64,000 nt of DNA from Octopus vulgaris (GCA_951406725.2 OX597819.1:113894001-113958000); one strand, 5' to 3'. Shown: positions 25,801 to 41,203, counted from the first letter of the stretch. Numbers and translations: made by a program. Notes: a model not told the origin generated them from the sequence alone.

Positions 25801-28800
25801 TGCAACTGTAACCATTCAGCCTTTTCAGGTATAGAGTATCTCGGCCAATGGATTTGTGGGAGGTTTGGATGTTGATTCTAGCAGGTTATTGACGCTGCCA
25901 GACCAATGTAATAAATGGAATTAATGCATACATTTGGTTCTGCAGTCAACAGTTTTGTACCTGGAAATTAACTGGCTCACTAATTAAGAAAGAAAAAACA
26001 AAACAGAATTTCCATAACTTGATGTTTGTCTACCTCTAGTCTCTCCAACCTGACAGTTCTTTTTCCAACCATTTAAATAGATTTATAAATGTTTGGAGTC
26101 ACAAAGGAAACTTGATGGTCTTAGTAATTAAAATTGATAGACATTGATATGTTTGAATATTGATTATAATTTGAAGCTTCAGGAAAATAACATATGAAAA
26201 AAAAAATCTTAACATGTATGTAAACTCTTAAGCACATTTAACCAGACAAGAAATGACAGTATGGACTGCAAGATATGTGTTTTATTCAACACCACACTGT
26301 CAATATGGCAAAGTTTGGAACTTAGAACAAAATTTTGAGCTAATAGTGTGATTTTGATTGGATGAGCCCAAGAAACTAAGGTTGCTTTAACATTCCTAAT
26401 TAAATGTCTTGCATTAATACATTATTTCTCATTCATTCACATGCTCTTTCTCTTATTTCCCTTGTGTTTATATTCATTTGTACAAGAAATGACAATACAC
26501 ATCTTTCCACCACCAACTGCGTATTCTGACCTCGTAGGCTCAGCCAGCACTAGTCTATGAGCTTGGATGCCAACACAATAAGTATCTTTCTTAGTACTTA
26601 AATGACCATCCTGCCTAATGCCATGGGAATAGTATCAGTATACTGCTGACAACCTCATGCACATTTGCCATTGCATCTCCAGCAACATAAACAGCAACTG
26701 AGTTGGCCATTTTTTCTGTGTATGGCAGGTGATGGATTGCAGCAGAATACAAAGCAAAGTGGGGCAGTAAGTGAGGAAATGGTATCACATCTGTCAAATC
26801 CATACCAACATGGAGAATCATCATCATCATCGTTTAACGTCCGCTTTCCATGCTAGCATGGGTTGGACGGTTTGACTGGGGTCTGGGAAGCCAGGAGGCT
26901 GCACCAGGCCCAATCTGATCTGGCAGTGTTTCTACAGCTAGATGCCTTTCCTAACGCCAACCACTCCGTGAGTGTAGTGGGTGCTTTTTACGTGCCACTA
27001 GCACGGAGGCCAGTCGAGGCGGCGCTGGCAACGGCCACGTTAGGATGGTATCACATCTGTCAAATCCATACCAACATAGAGAAGTGGACATAAAATAATG
27101 ATGATACACTATAAAAAGAATACGCTTACAAATAAACTAAAAATGGTGTCTTTATGGCAGTGTTGTTTAAAGAAACTTACTGTATTTAGTATTAAATCTT
27201 TGTACAAAATGTTTTTCTTTCATAGTTTTAGTATAACTTGCATCCCAGTTTTTCCAGTTAAAAATCAATTATAAAATAATGCAATTTATCCCCAAGTAAA
27301 TAAGATAAACGGTTATTTGGTTTGGCGACAAAAGATTTATAATGTATAGTTTTCAGTGTAACTGTTGTTGTTCTTCTTCTTCTTCAGGTGATGCTTTCTT
27401 ATCAGATGGTTTCTGTCCAGGGAGCATTCAATGCACGTCTGCCACTTGCCCCTCCAATCTGGCACTTTTTCCAACCATTCCAATTTTCCAGCACAGATGA
27501 TGAACTGAGTGAGATAATACAGTGTACCAGCCCAACACAAGTATGATCATTTTACTTTGATTGCTGTTAATATTGTTGTTTAGCACTAGGTCAGCTACAT
27601 CCTGTAAATGTATGGTCAATAAAATTACTAGATAATATATCTAGGACTGTAATATCAATGTGACCCTCTTGTTTTAAGATACTTGGATATGATTTAAGGG
27701 AGGTTTGGCTGCTGTTTCTAGCAGGTGTAGAAACTCTCTGGTAAGGTCGTTATTTCAAATGCAGAACTGAAAAGACTTGTCCATCAGTACTTTAGTGTAT
27801 TAGACTAAATGTTCTGCCGTTGCTTCTCCTTACCTTTCTTGGTGTAACTTTGTCCTTTATCCTCCATCATCATCATCATCGTTTAACGTCCGCTTTCCAT
27901 GCTAGCATGGGTTGGACGGTTCGACCGGGGTCTGGGAAGCCAGGAGGCTGCACCAGGCTCCAGTCTGATCTGGCAGTGTTTCTACAGCTGGATGCCCTTC
28001 CTAACGCCAACCACTCTGTGAGTGTAGTGGGTGCTTTTTACGTGCCACCGGCACAGGTGCCAGAGGAGGCTGGCAACGGCCACGATTGGATGGTGCTTTT
28101 TATGTGCCACCGGCACGGAGGTCAGATTAATAAAATGAGTACTGGTCAAGTTAAAGGCTTCCTCTTTCAAAATGTGTGGCTTTGTGCCTGTTTTAGAAAT
28201 AACCATTGTTGCTCTTAGTTTATCAAGTAAATATCAGCATGAACTGTAAAATTTATAGTTTTAATAGGATTTGAACTTAGTAAATGAAATATTATGTAAA
28301 TTTGCTATGGTCTTACTTATACAATTTTTATTTCTTGTCTTCAGTTTCAGACAACCAGTTCTGCAGGAATGCTTTGCATGTGTTATGATCACATGACCTC
28401 TCAGCTTTTGAGTCAACAAGTCCATTTAGACACTTTGCTTCAGCTTTGGTTAATGTTGAATGAAGACAGCAACCATGAAGATGCCGGTGTTAGCAGCGGA
28501 CAGCCAGTAGTATTTGACTCTAGCAAAACCCCTCTTATAATGCTGAACCCTTCTTTTGTAAACACTCTTCTTGAAGCCCTCTCTTACATGCCCAACATTC
28601 CTGTCCGCACCTGGGTACTTGCATTCCAAACCCTCACATTGCTCTGCAACCAGTGGGTGTCTCATGGCAATCTAACTGTTGGGAAACCCATGGCTTCTGT
28701 CATTCTCTCAAACCCCAATTTCATGAATGTCTTAATACGATTTCTGTCCAGCTCCACCAATACAGGTCCATCAGCCTTAACTTTACGATACCAACAGGTA

Positions 28801-31800
28801 ACTATAATCTTTTTTATCAAACCTCTATTGCATTCAGATTATCTATTTTTATAAATTAATGATACATATTTATATTGTATACATTTCTTGGTGTTCTTCA
28901 TATGGAACCTTTTCTCCACTCTTGTGTCTTCCAATTTCCTTGTGCTGAATCAGTTATAATTGATATTTTAATTTAAAGACCTTAGTATATATGATAACCA
29001 CCTAATAAGAGTCCATATATCAATTACTAGATTTCTTTGTTTAAGGGATCACAAAGATAGGGCATTTAGTTGAATTTGTAACGTTGTGACTTTGTATATT
29101 AGGTGCAGCTGTGTGTTAGCTGCAGCTCAGTTGGGGCAGCTTTTGATATTCATTTGTTTGGAATTCTACTAGGGTAAGGAAAAAGTTTGTGCGCTGTGTT
29201 AAAATAATGATTTTTTTTTATGCAAGAATTTATTTAAAAACAACAACTATTCTTCAAAATAAAGACCATCATTTTCCACGACCTTCTGCCAATGATCTGC
29301 AAGCTTTCAGATTTGGTCAAAGTACCAATCCTTCGGCTTTGAATTAAAAAAATTCTTTACAGGCTTCTTCAACTTCATCAAATGACTCAAATCGGTGACC
29401 TTTCATAAAACGCTGTGTTGATCGGAAGAGACCATAGTCAGATGGAGCAACTTCTGGACTATAGGTTGGATGTGACAGAATTTCTACACTATCCAATTCT
29501 TCAATCTTGTTGCTGGTCTTTCTGGCCGTATGCGGCTTTGCATTGTGTTGTTGAAACAAAGTGCATTTTCGACGAACAAATCTTGGGTACTTTTCAACCA
29601 GCGCATTGAAGACTCGATCAAGTTGCTCACAGTAAAGTTTAGCATTGATGGCATGACCATTCGGCACAAGTTCAAAATGCAAGATTCCTTCAAAGTTCTA
29701 CCAAATGGAAATCATAATCTTCTTTCCAAATTGAATTTGCTTTGGAATGGATCAAGGAGTTTGACCTTTTGGGATCCAACGCTTGCTTTGAACGTGATTG
29801 ACCAGGTAGAGCCACTTGTCTAATGTCACAATTCGCTTCCAAAAGCTGTCATCTTACTTATTGTTGAGCAATTGGCAGCAGATTTCAACTTATTTGGATG
29901 CTTGCGTTTTGGTCAACTCGTGTGTATCTCGTTGTGGCTTTTTGTGGACAGAGTAAAGTTACTTGAGATGATTCCAAACTGTCTTCTGATCAACACCAAG
30001 TTCTTAGGCCAATTTGTGAGTGCAACATCCAAAATGGCTTGCAAGTCTCCTTCGTCCAAAACCGTTGATCAAACAGAACATGGCCCGTCTTCAAGATCCA
30101 AATCACCTTTATTGAAATGCTTGAACCATTTCTGTGCAGTTTGCAGTGCCACCATACCTTCACCTTCAACGTCGCAAATTGCTTTGGCAGCTGCTTTTGC
30201 ATCCAAATTCTTTCTCCAGTAATGACACAGTAATATGCTAAGCTCAAAATTTGTGATTTTGTAATCAAATATCTGAAAATAGAAAACAGCAATAAATTTT
30301 CATAATAGCCACATTGTTACGAACACAAATCAATAGTCATCAAAAACATATATCAAACATGACATGAACTGAATGAGCACACACACACCACATAAATATA
30401 TAAAAAAGCATTATTTTAACACGGTGCACAAACTTTTTTATAACACCTTGTTGAAAACTTTCATCTCACAAGCTCCTTCTCACTGTTTTAATGATGATAA
30501 AATAATAATTAAATTATATTTGATGAATAGAAGTGCGTGTTTGTAAATAAACACAAATAATACATGCATTATCTCTCTCTTTCTCTCTCCCTCCAGTTTA
30601 TTCCCATTTGTAAGAAATTTTCTCTGCACTTTGTTTAAATTAAGTCCTCAATAGGTCTGCACTTCTGTATATCATCATTGTTTTTTTATTATCTGCTAGG
30701 TTGGACCTTCAGCTGCTAAAGCTTTCTATGAGTTTCTCCAGCGACTGGAAGTGAAAGCACCTGAACAAATGACACTCAAAGAACTTCTTCTAAAACTGGT
30801 GTACGTTTTGACTGCAGACAGGTAAATACACTTTCGTTAGATTCTCTTTTGCTCTGTAAGTAACTTTTATCTGGCATGAATAGTGCAATGTGATGCAGCT
30901 GTAGTCCAGTGCAATATCAAGTTTCTACTACAGGGTGCATGTCATGTTAGTAATGGGTCCAACAATTTGGTTGTGGTGCACCTTGTACTTGTGCAACTAC
31001 AAGATAAATTTCTTGTGCATGAAAATCAATATTTTATCAACTTGTAAAGAAAAAAATACTGTTTTGATATTAACTCTTATTTTTTTCTTTTCTTTCCAGA
31101 GGAGCCTTTTACAACAGCTCTGGACCTCTGGATGCACAATGTCGCTTTTTAGATTTTGTCCTTTGTCTAAAATATGAACAAGTTGATGTCAGCAATGCAA
31201 TCAGTGTAGTAGAGGCTATCAGTTCTCTAGTTCACCAACACATCCTGTGTCAGGAGCTAGTGGTATGCCGCAAGGCAGGAGATGACGGAATCAATGCTCG
31301 CTTCTGCTTTGGTGGTTTATTTGCTAGCCTCTTTCGAGGTGTTGATACAAGCTCAAATACTGGTGACGCCAGCCGTGATAGATTTATGTGCAGCCTTGTG
31401 AAACTTGTCAACATTCTTGTCCAGATTCCACTACCAGCTCGCTTTTCCCGGAACCCTCCCCAAACAGATACAGCAGAAAGTACAAGTACACACCACCTCC
31501 CTAATTTGTCTACCCCCTTCACAGCTGCCCCTATGCCAGACTCAGCTAAGCTTAGTCATGTGCTTGCTTCTTCCCCACTTCGCAACCTGTCTCGTTCAGA
31601 TGATGAGAAAGAGCAAGAAACTTTTGAGGAGAAGGGCGTGTCTGCTTCCAGTGGACTTGGTGGGCAGCCAGCTGGTGACCCCAATGACAACACTACCTAC
31701 CTGGCCGACATCATTGTTGGTCACCAGCAGATCATGTCCAGCCTGATACATACTCTGAGCTACTGCAGCAGCAGCCCTATGGCATCACTCATTTGCAACG

Positions 31801-34800
31801 GGATAGGTGCCTCTTCCTCATGCTGGTACGATACATTTGGAATAGGAGAACCCCTTTCCGTCGGAGACGGCGTATACCAAATATTAGTTACTTTGACCAA
31901 TAAGTGTTCGGACATTAAACTTGTGCTGGAGTCTTTGTTTGTGTACCTGTCCAGTGGGGGCAGACAGTATGTACAGGGGCACAGTCTCTGTCGACTTTCT
32001 GATCCACTACTCTGGTTTATACTGAAAGTACTAAATAACAGCAACGCTGTGAAAATGTTCCTTCAAATGGGTGAGTACCTTTGCATATTATTTTTGTTTA
32101 TGGGCAAGTACAATTACACATTAGTTTCACTTGGTCAATTCTATTCATATTGGAATCTTTACAAATCTGTATTACATAGCATTTTATTTTAAGGAGGAGC
32201 CCAAACAGTTGTGGTCTCTTAAAATTATAGAATTATGTTAGAATGGAAGTTGTTTGGGATTCAAGTTGGTTTTATATTGAAGCATATGCACTAGTTTTTT
32301 TTCTGTTGTTGTTTTCAGTCTTCCTTTCTTTTAATGAGAGTAATAGATTACTGAGTGATTATGATTCTGGTTTAGGTGTAGCTTGCTTAGTAATTAGGGT
32401 TCTGATGAATTGATAGATTCCCCTACCACTGTTATGAAGGTGATGATTGATGGACTTCGACCTGAGAGTAGTTACTCCACTAAATGAACTGGACCATTTA
32501 AGCACATCAGTGGTCATATATACAACAATTGTATATATGACCATAGCTGCTTATTGGTTAATCTCTCAACTCAAAAGAACTGCACCTCCGAATCTTAGCT
32601 ATGAAATAGATACCATCAGTATCACCAGCAATATTGTAGAGCTTTTGATAAAACACTTGTTATTTATACTGGAACAAGCAAACTCTCTTAGTTGCTTAAT
32701 AAATGGAAAGTAGCATGAAGGAAAAACAGCATAACATAATATTTTGGCAATTGAAAATTACTTTTTATAAGAGTGCCCCTATCATCACATTATGTTTACA
32801 TATGTACAATGTCTATAAATGCACTGCAAAATCTCCCATGAGCCTAAAATGGTTGACATCTAGTTTGGTACCTCATCTGTTTGAATTGATATCTTACTAG
32901 AACAAGTTTTGCAATTTATTCATTTGACACCAATAAAATTTGTGAACTCACACAGTGAATCCTCTTGGTTATTCTGTTGACCCTTTAACAAAAAATTTCT
33001 TCTCCTGCTTAAAAAAGTCCTTTAATTTCTTTAATGAGAAATAGTTTCTAGGAGAGTAATGTATTGCACTTGTGACTTCCAGGTTACAAGCTCACATCAT
33101 GCTCTATTTTCTTACAAGATATTTAATTTTACTAACAATCACCTCCTGCATTGTACTAGAGTGAGACACTTAACTCCTTTTGTAGTATTTTTTGTGGAGG
33201 ACACTTAACTCTGCTTGTCTGAAGATCCACAGTTATTGTCACCACTATGTATTTCTTTATTTCATTTATTCATATTTTTCTTTAATTTATATTTCTGTAG
33301 GGGCTGTCGATGTGATTTGCAACAACCTGGTAAGTTGCAGTCAGAAGATTGTCAACACTAGCCCTGGTCTTATCTCTACAATGATGCAGAACTTAAACAA
33401 TAGTAACAATAGCCGGCTACCCAGTGCCCACCGGCTCAATGTCAATTCCACTAACACTGACTGTAATGATATTCTACAGAATTTTGCTCCCCTTGGTAAG
33501 TAAACCTCTCAAAGAAATTAGCTATTGTTGACAGCCTGCCTGTTTCTTAATCATTCTGTTAAGCTTTTGGGTTGTCTACTTCGAATTTGTATTTCATGAA
33601 CACAAAATGAAATTACTTATGACTGTTTTAGATACAGACTATGTAAGGATTGCTGCTCACTTGAGCCAGTTTCAGAGTTTACCAAACTGATACAAACAAA
33701 TAACTAGTAGTTTGTATTTTGGTATTGTCACCATACTGAGTCTGTGGCCAAGACACTGACCTGTAGCTAACTCAGATCATTTCACTTTAAACAGATACCA
33801 TGTATAATTTGGTGTTGCAAATAGTGTGAATTGCAATGTATAAAAGCATTTTAATTACTTACATTACTCATTTCTGTAATACCCAACTATAAAAATGTTA
33901 CACCATCCAATAATATTTCTTGTGTTGGCTTGTTGTGGAGTGGGAACACTTGATTTAATCAATCCCAGTCCTTGACTGGTACTTATTTACTCAGCTCCAA
34001 AAGTAAAGGTTGAAAGTTCACTACAATAGGATTTGAATGCAAAATGTAAGAGACAATTATGGCGAGACATTTTGTCCAGTGCTCATACAAGTCTTCCAGT
34101 AATGTGGAAACATTCAAGTTTGCAAAAGATATTTAGCTCACAATTGAGGGGAAATCGATATAAAACAGTAAAATGTATATTTTTCTTTCTATCAGTTAGC
34201 AGTGGAGGTCATCAAATTCATATATGCCTCTTCACCTATGCTAGCTGTGGAAACCACATGAAAGGTTATAAACAAAAATTGAAAGGGTTTAATTATTGTG
34301 TTTAAGCCAGAAATAAGTCCTATTGAAATTGCTGTTTGCTTTCTTTTTACAGGCTCCATATCTTCAAGTAGCCCCACAGCTACACCTGCTGAAGTACTTA
34401 TTCAAGCATCACCTCCTCACCGGAGGGCCAGGTCAGCAGCTTGGTCCTATCACTTCTATCCAGATGAGACATGGGTTGACTTAACAATACAATTGCCATT
34501 TGCCATTCTGTTGAAAGAGGTCCAGATTTCACCTCACAATACCTCATTATCCAGTAAGTAGTTTCTGACTTATCGAATTCTTTGTCATTGTTGGGATGTA
34601 GTAATCTTATATCTACCACAAAAGCATTTTCTCTATTCTCTTACTAGTTTCAGTCGTTGGACTGCAGCTATGCTGGGACATCATTTAAAAAAAAATTTTA
34701 TCAACCTTAAAATGTTTTCACTTGGAAACTTTGAACTTAAAGGAATGTAACTAAATTATCACAAAACATTTTGTCTCACACACTAGAAATTCTATGATAT

Positions 34801-37800
34801 AGATTTGTGTGGTATTCATGTTTTTTTGTTTTTTTTACTTTCAGCTTGTCCATCCTATGTTTCTCTGGAGGTCAGCCATGATGGGATTACTGTGACACCG
34901 ATGAGTGCGCCATTGATGACTTGCAGTCTTGGCTTCATCCGTCTCCAGCTGATTCGGCCTGAGGTTGTCACCATGGTTACCATCCGCCTGCACAGGGCTC
35001 GGGATTCTATGACCATTGGGCTGTCACAGATCCTATTGATGGGACACAGTGCATTTAGTGAAACCAACCAAAAGCCAGCCAGTATTTTAGCTCCAACTGA
35101 TGATGTGGTATCAAAAACCAGGTCAATACTCACTTTTTTATCTTACTTTGTGTAAATGTTTCTTTGTGCTTTGTTCAAATTAAGTAAATCTGTTCCACAG
35201 CTGTGGTATGTTTACATAACTTTCAGTTGTGACTCTTATTAAAGCAGCAAGCCGGCAGAATTGTTAGCATGTCAGGCAAAATGCTTAGCGGTATTTCGAC
35301 CGTCTATGCATTCTGAGTTCAATTTCTGCCAAGGTCAACTTTGCCTTTCATCCTTCTGAGGTTGATAAAATATGTACCAATTGAATGCTGGGGTCGCTGT
35401 AATCAACTTACCATTCCCCTGAACTTGCTGTCCTTGTGGCAAAATTTGAAATTATTATTATTATTATAGTTTAATATGAAAATTTTTAGAATTTATTAAA
35501 ATTTGTCATATAAATATGTTCATAAGTACTGTGTGTGTGTTTGTGTCTGAGTGAAAGCTTTTGTGCATATATGCATCCACTATCAAAATAAATGTGAAAG
35601 TAAGAAAAATAAACCTAAATAAGCATTTATGAGGGAACAGAAATTTGATTTTAACAAGATATCAGTTCGATTCCTACTTGATACTCTTGCTAATTTTATT
35701 CCTTCATTCTTTCTGTCTGCCTTCTTCAGACATTTTTCTCTTAATTATGTGATGTCACAAGACATGTTTATGATGCTACCAAAAGTTTACAATAATCTGA
35801 ATTTTTATACTATTTTCACTTGACAGCCTTGGCTGGGTCCAACTGTTGCAGCATTGTTTGACCGTCGAAGAAAGTATTGCGTCTGCAGCAGCAGCCATTC
35901 CACATTTACTGACCACATGCACTGCCCTGTTGGTGTCCCCTCAAGCCAGCACTCATTCACATCATCTTGAAACAGTGCTCCTCAAACTTGGACTACATTC
36001 TACAGATATGGGTCTTACCCTCATCTACAGTTTATTAAGGAAACCATCTTTCCTTGGACAGCCTGGTTAGTTGTTAGAACTTTTCTCTTACAATTTACTG
36101 TTTGTAACTCTGTGTGTGTGTACAGGTGATATCGTTCATTTCCAGTCTTCCATTGGGGAAATATTACCTCACTTAGAAACAGGTGAGGGTTGGCAACAGG
36201 AAGGGCTTCCAGCTGTAGAAAATCTACCCCAACAAATTCCATCTGACCCATGGAAGCATGGGAAAGTAGATGTTTAAATGATAGGTTCACATATTCAGAC
36301 TCATCATAGTCAATTAATTTTGTCTTATTTTACTAGATATTTTATTCTGCATGTGTCTTTCCTGTTTAATTGTCAGCATGAAATAATCACCATAACACTT
36401 GTTCAGCTGTGATAAAGTGATATCTTCTCCACAGAGTTGGTGATTGGTTTCACTTTAATTTCATACTAAAAGGCGCAGAGTTAAAGCTCTAGTTTTATAG
36501 AACTCTGGGGTTATTGAAATAACTGTCTTGAGAGCTTCTTAACTACTTAAAAGTTCTAATCTCTTTTTACTATCCTAAGAGCCATTAAAAAATTATTACA
36601 TCAAGTTGTATCTGTTATGCATGAAACTTGAGATTTCTTGGGATAAGGTAAAATATGAGTTGTGAGGCTGATGTATTCAGAAAATATAGTGATATTATAA
36701 GTAGTTAAAGCTAGAAGTTGAAACTGGATCAAATATTTGGTTTGCTGGGAATACAACAGTTGTTTAATCTGTAGTATCAGTAAACTTTCCAACAAAGTAA
36801 GTTCTAGTAATATATAGAAACAAATACTTAGCACAGCTCACCAAGATATGGTTTAGTATCTATCTCAGAACTGCTCAATCAGAGTTGATCAGAGCCTTTT
36901 TATAACAATTATATTCTCTCTTTACTTATTGTCAGGATTGTTTGCAGCTGAATTTCTTGTTGTTTCTGCTATGTTTCTACTAAACTGTTTGACATGTTTT
37001 ACAAAGAGTCTTCTAAACCATGTCAGTTCGAATTGTTTTAAGTAATTTTGAAATTGTGAATATTTTTTTTTATTTCTTGTAGATGATTCTGTGTCGTTCA
37101 TGGGGAAAGTGAGTGGTGTTGCAAATGATTCCACAATTGAGATCCTGTATCAGCTAGGAACTCTACAGGATAGTGGTACCCCTGCCAGGTGAGTAAATCC
37201 ACCAAAGATATTCTGTTTTCTTTGATCTTCTACAACATTGTGATCATGTAACACTTTCTGGCATAAGTGGAAGTACAAAACCAGAAATCAAAAAGATACC
37301 TACTCCAATGTCTTGGGGTACAAAAATAGAAAGCTGTCTCATTAAATTTATCCTTCTATAACTGGTGTTGTATCCAGTGTAGGTTTAAGCAATCCTTAAA
37401 TAAGGTTAGAAGTAATAGAAATGCTGTAAATACACTTGTACATCATTAAAAGGATACTCTAATGAGGTACAACAGTTGTGAGGTTAACATTTTGGACGTC
37501 TGACCATTTGTTCATCAATCACAAACCTTACTACTGTAGTAATTATTGTTTTTCCTCTGAACAAAGTACAATTCTGCCTACAGATTTACATATTCTCTTT
37601 CAATTTATAGACTACTAGCAGTATCGCCTGGCGTTGCTCAGGTTTGTAAGGGAAATAACTATATAAGCATTTTTAGAGATGTAAAGTATAATGGCCATCT
37701 CAATATGGCTAACCACAAAGGGGGGTGTTATTGTAGCTTTTGACGTTCTGAGATTTAATAATACATTTTTAGAGAGTTACTTCCCTTTTATAATAGCAAA

Positions 37801-40800
37801 AAAAATGCATTAAAAATGGGAAAAAATTATGGTAAACTTTTTTTTAAATCGTAGACTCATGCTAATACCCAAAAGGGCTCGGTATGAATTACAACTATGA
37901 TACCCACTTTTGGTTACACTGCACCGCAAAATGTGAGAGTAGTTAGGAATCTAAATCGTAGGAGACAGACACACAACTTCACTTTTATATATAAAGATTT
38001 TCTCCTCATCAGTGTGGATGGATCAATAAACACCAAAGGCATTATCCATCTCTTCTTCTGACTGTGATTCAATGGAAATTTTTATAAAACAAATACTTTA
38101 GATTTTATTGAATGTTTTTTTTTTCCTCCTCCAAAATTTCGATCTGATGCTTTTAGTGTAAACTCTGTTAATATTTTCTTTTTGTAGATTAAAGGCCCTA
38201 ATAGTATGGCTTGGTGACAGTGCTGAAGTAGCTCTGCAGAAGTCAGAAATGCTGTCCCTCAACAATGGTTATGGTCCAGCTCCTCATGAAGCCCCTTATT
38301 TCACACTACCTCATCCAGCTGCTCCCCATGTTCACTGCATTGCAGCTATACTCTGGTACAGCCACAGCCTTCCTGTGCGCAATGAACTGCGAACCATCAT
38401 CACACCACAACTCTTCAGGTATTTTTTTTTCTTGTTCTTCTTCTTGTTCACTCCTTTTCCAATCTCAGTCTCTTCTGCTTTATCTTGCTCTCTCTCTCTC
38501 TCTTCATTTCTCTTCTACATTCTCTCTCTTTGTTGCTCTTTCCTTGTTCTTATCACACTCATTTGCTGTTACTTCAGTAAGAAAAGAAAAAGAAAACACC
38601 CAACTATTTGTCAATTCTCTTGAATTAAGGCAACATCAAACAAATGCTATCTGTATTTAAAAAAACAAAAAACAAATTGATACACTGTTGTGTTGTTGAG
38701 AACTGGGTTTTTGATTTCATTTATGCCACAACCCAACTGTAAAAGATTGTGATTGAGAGGTATTACACCAGTCACAAGTAAGTTAAATGAAATTGCTCAT
38801 CTGGGAAATGAAACTGTATTGTAAGCAAACCTTTCCAGTGACTTAATTTCTTGTAAGGCATGGCACTTGGGTAACAGCAACATGTCTTATAGTAGTAGTG
38901 TTCTTATTTGCCTGCTGCTACTGCTACTTTAATAGTATGGTTGTATTAAGTGATGTTGACATCACTAAAGACTCTCTTTGGAGAAAAGGTTTCCTTCTCT
39001 ATATCCATGGAATAATTATTTAGCGGTGAGAGTTAAAAAGACATTTGTTAATCACAATGGTATACGTCTACAATTAGGTAAACTGAACCAATGAGAAGAA
39101 ATGATGCAGTAACAACACTTATGATACAATATTAACTAGCATTTCTTTCAGTAGCTGGTCAGCAATGATTCCCGTGTTTTACACCTCACCACATATTTCT
39201 CTGCACTCACTGTATTCCTCCACACATCATATTTCCCTTATACACACTGCACTCCCTTTATGCATACCACACTTCTCCACATACACCTCTGCTCATCCCA
39301 CAGCTCTCCATATGTGTGCATGCACACACACACTATAGTCTTCCTCTCATACACACTCACAACATACAACACCACATTACTCCACACAGATAATACATAA
39401 ACTGTGCTATAACTTCTAAGTATTTTCATTTGGACTATACTTGATCTAAAGAAACTTTTGCCATGAATTAATCAGTAAATCTGCACTTGTTTGTTTTTCC
39501 AATAATTTACTTAACAATAATTTCTAATTCCAGATCTGTCTATGAATGGAGTACTGTTCTGTCCTTTGACTCGTCCCTGAAACGAGCTGTTGATAATGTT
39601 CTTTGCTCTGTCTGCTATATCTATCCAAGTTTCTTCACACTCATCCTCGAGTGGATGGGAATCCTGTTGAACCCCAGTAACAGCATGACAGCCTCTATCA
39701 GTGATGACTGCAAAGATAGCTCACAGCAACAGCAGCACATCTCGATGACGGATGACTCGAAGGAAGCCCAAACCAACCAACAGTCTGCTATGGCAGCTGA
39801 CCAAGACATTGGCAATAATTTGATCACATTGCATGATTTCAGTAATATGATGCTTGACCGTTCACATCTGTCGACCTTAGCCATTACATGCCAATCTCCT
39901 GGTGCAGTGCAACAACTACTTGCTAGTAAATTCCCAGCAATTCTTGCTCAGGGGCTGTTTGAATTCTGCAACCATGAGATTGCATGCTTTGCTGAAAGTT
40001 TAACCAATCCAGAATCTCTAACTGACGCTAATAAATCTATGATGGGAGAAAATGGTTCTGTTGGTGAACAAAGCTATCCTCACACCTGTGATAATTCAAG
40101 TAAGTTGTTTAGTTATTTACATTTTATTTATTTAGTTTTTTTTTTTTGTTTTTTTTTTAAACAATCCCTGTGCAGCTGTCTATGTATTCTGTGGTCCATG
40201 TATCTGCAAAGTTTCTCTCTAAGATTTGCTCCTCGACAAGAATTTTTTTTTTAGATAAGCACTTACCCATGCATGCAAGTCTCCCTTCTCCTTGCCAGTG
40301 GAAAAGGAAAACTTGTATGTTGTTCTCTTAAGAGAAGGCAAGGGCTACTACAGGTTGGCCCCAGTCTTGCTTAGGCCAGTTCTGGGCATAAATGACCCTA
40401 GCAAGTACATTCAAGACATTTGGTTCAACACTCTAGCAATTCCTCTAATCCATTGTTCTGATCTGGGCTTTTGCTTTTCTTATACTCTGAGAGATTTGGG
40501 CTCAGAACACAGATAACTGGAACAAATACTACAAGGGATAGTAATAGTTCTGACCAATCCAGAAAGTGGGTGTGTGTGTGTGTGTGTGCGTGTACACACT
40601 TTCTCTTGTGCACATAACACACACACGCATTAAACTGTCCAAATATATTTACCATTCAATTCTAGTTTGCCTATCAAAAAATAAAAAATCTGAATTGTAT
40701 AATTTTCCTTTATTGTGCCGAGTATTTTTATTGAAAATGTCAAAACAATATATACCTACATTTCTTTGTGGGGTGGCTAAGCGGTATCATAGAATAATTA

Positions 40801-41168
40801 ACTCATAATAACTGGTGATTCTTTTAGAGCAACTTTCCTGTTATCACTGGTTTATATTAAAATTTTTGAAGTTTATTTTATGGTTTTAGTATATTAATTA
40901 ATTCTGATGTGTATATATAGTAGCTGATACAAATTTTTTTTGATAATATGTATTCTGAAAAAAACTTAAAAGTTAATGGGTTAAGAAAGCATGAAACTTT
41001 TAAGAAAAGTGTACTGAGCCATATCACTTTGGAGACATAGAGCAGCTAATTTCTTTTAGAATATCTAGATATCATGTAATCTCATTTATCAAGGGTGTTT
41101 GGTTAAAAAAGAAAACACTGAGTTAAATGACAAATGAATATAAGAACATATGGGCTAAAAAAATGAGG

Positions 41169-41203
<35 letters not shown>

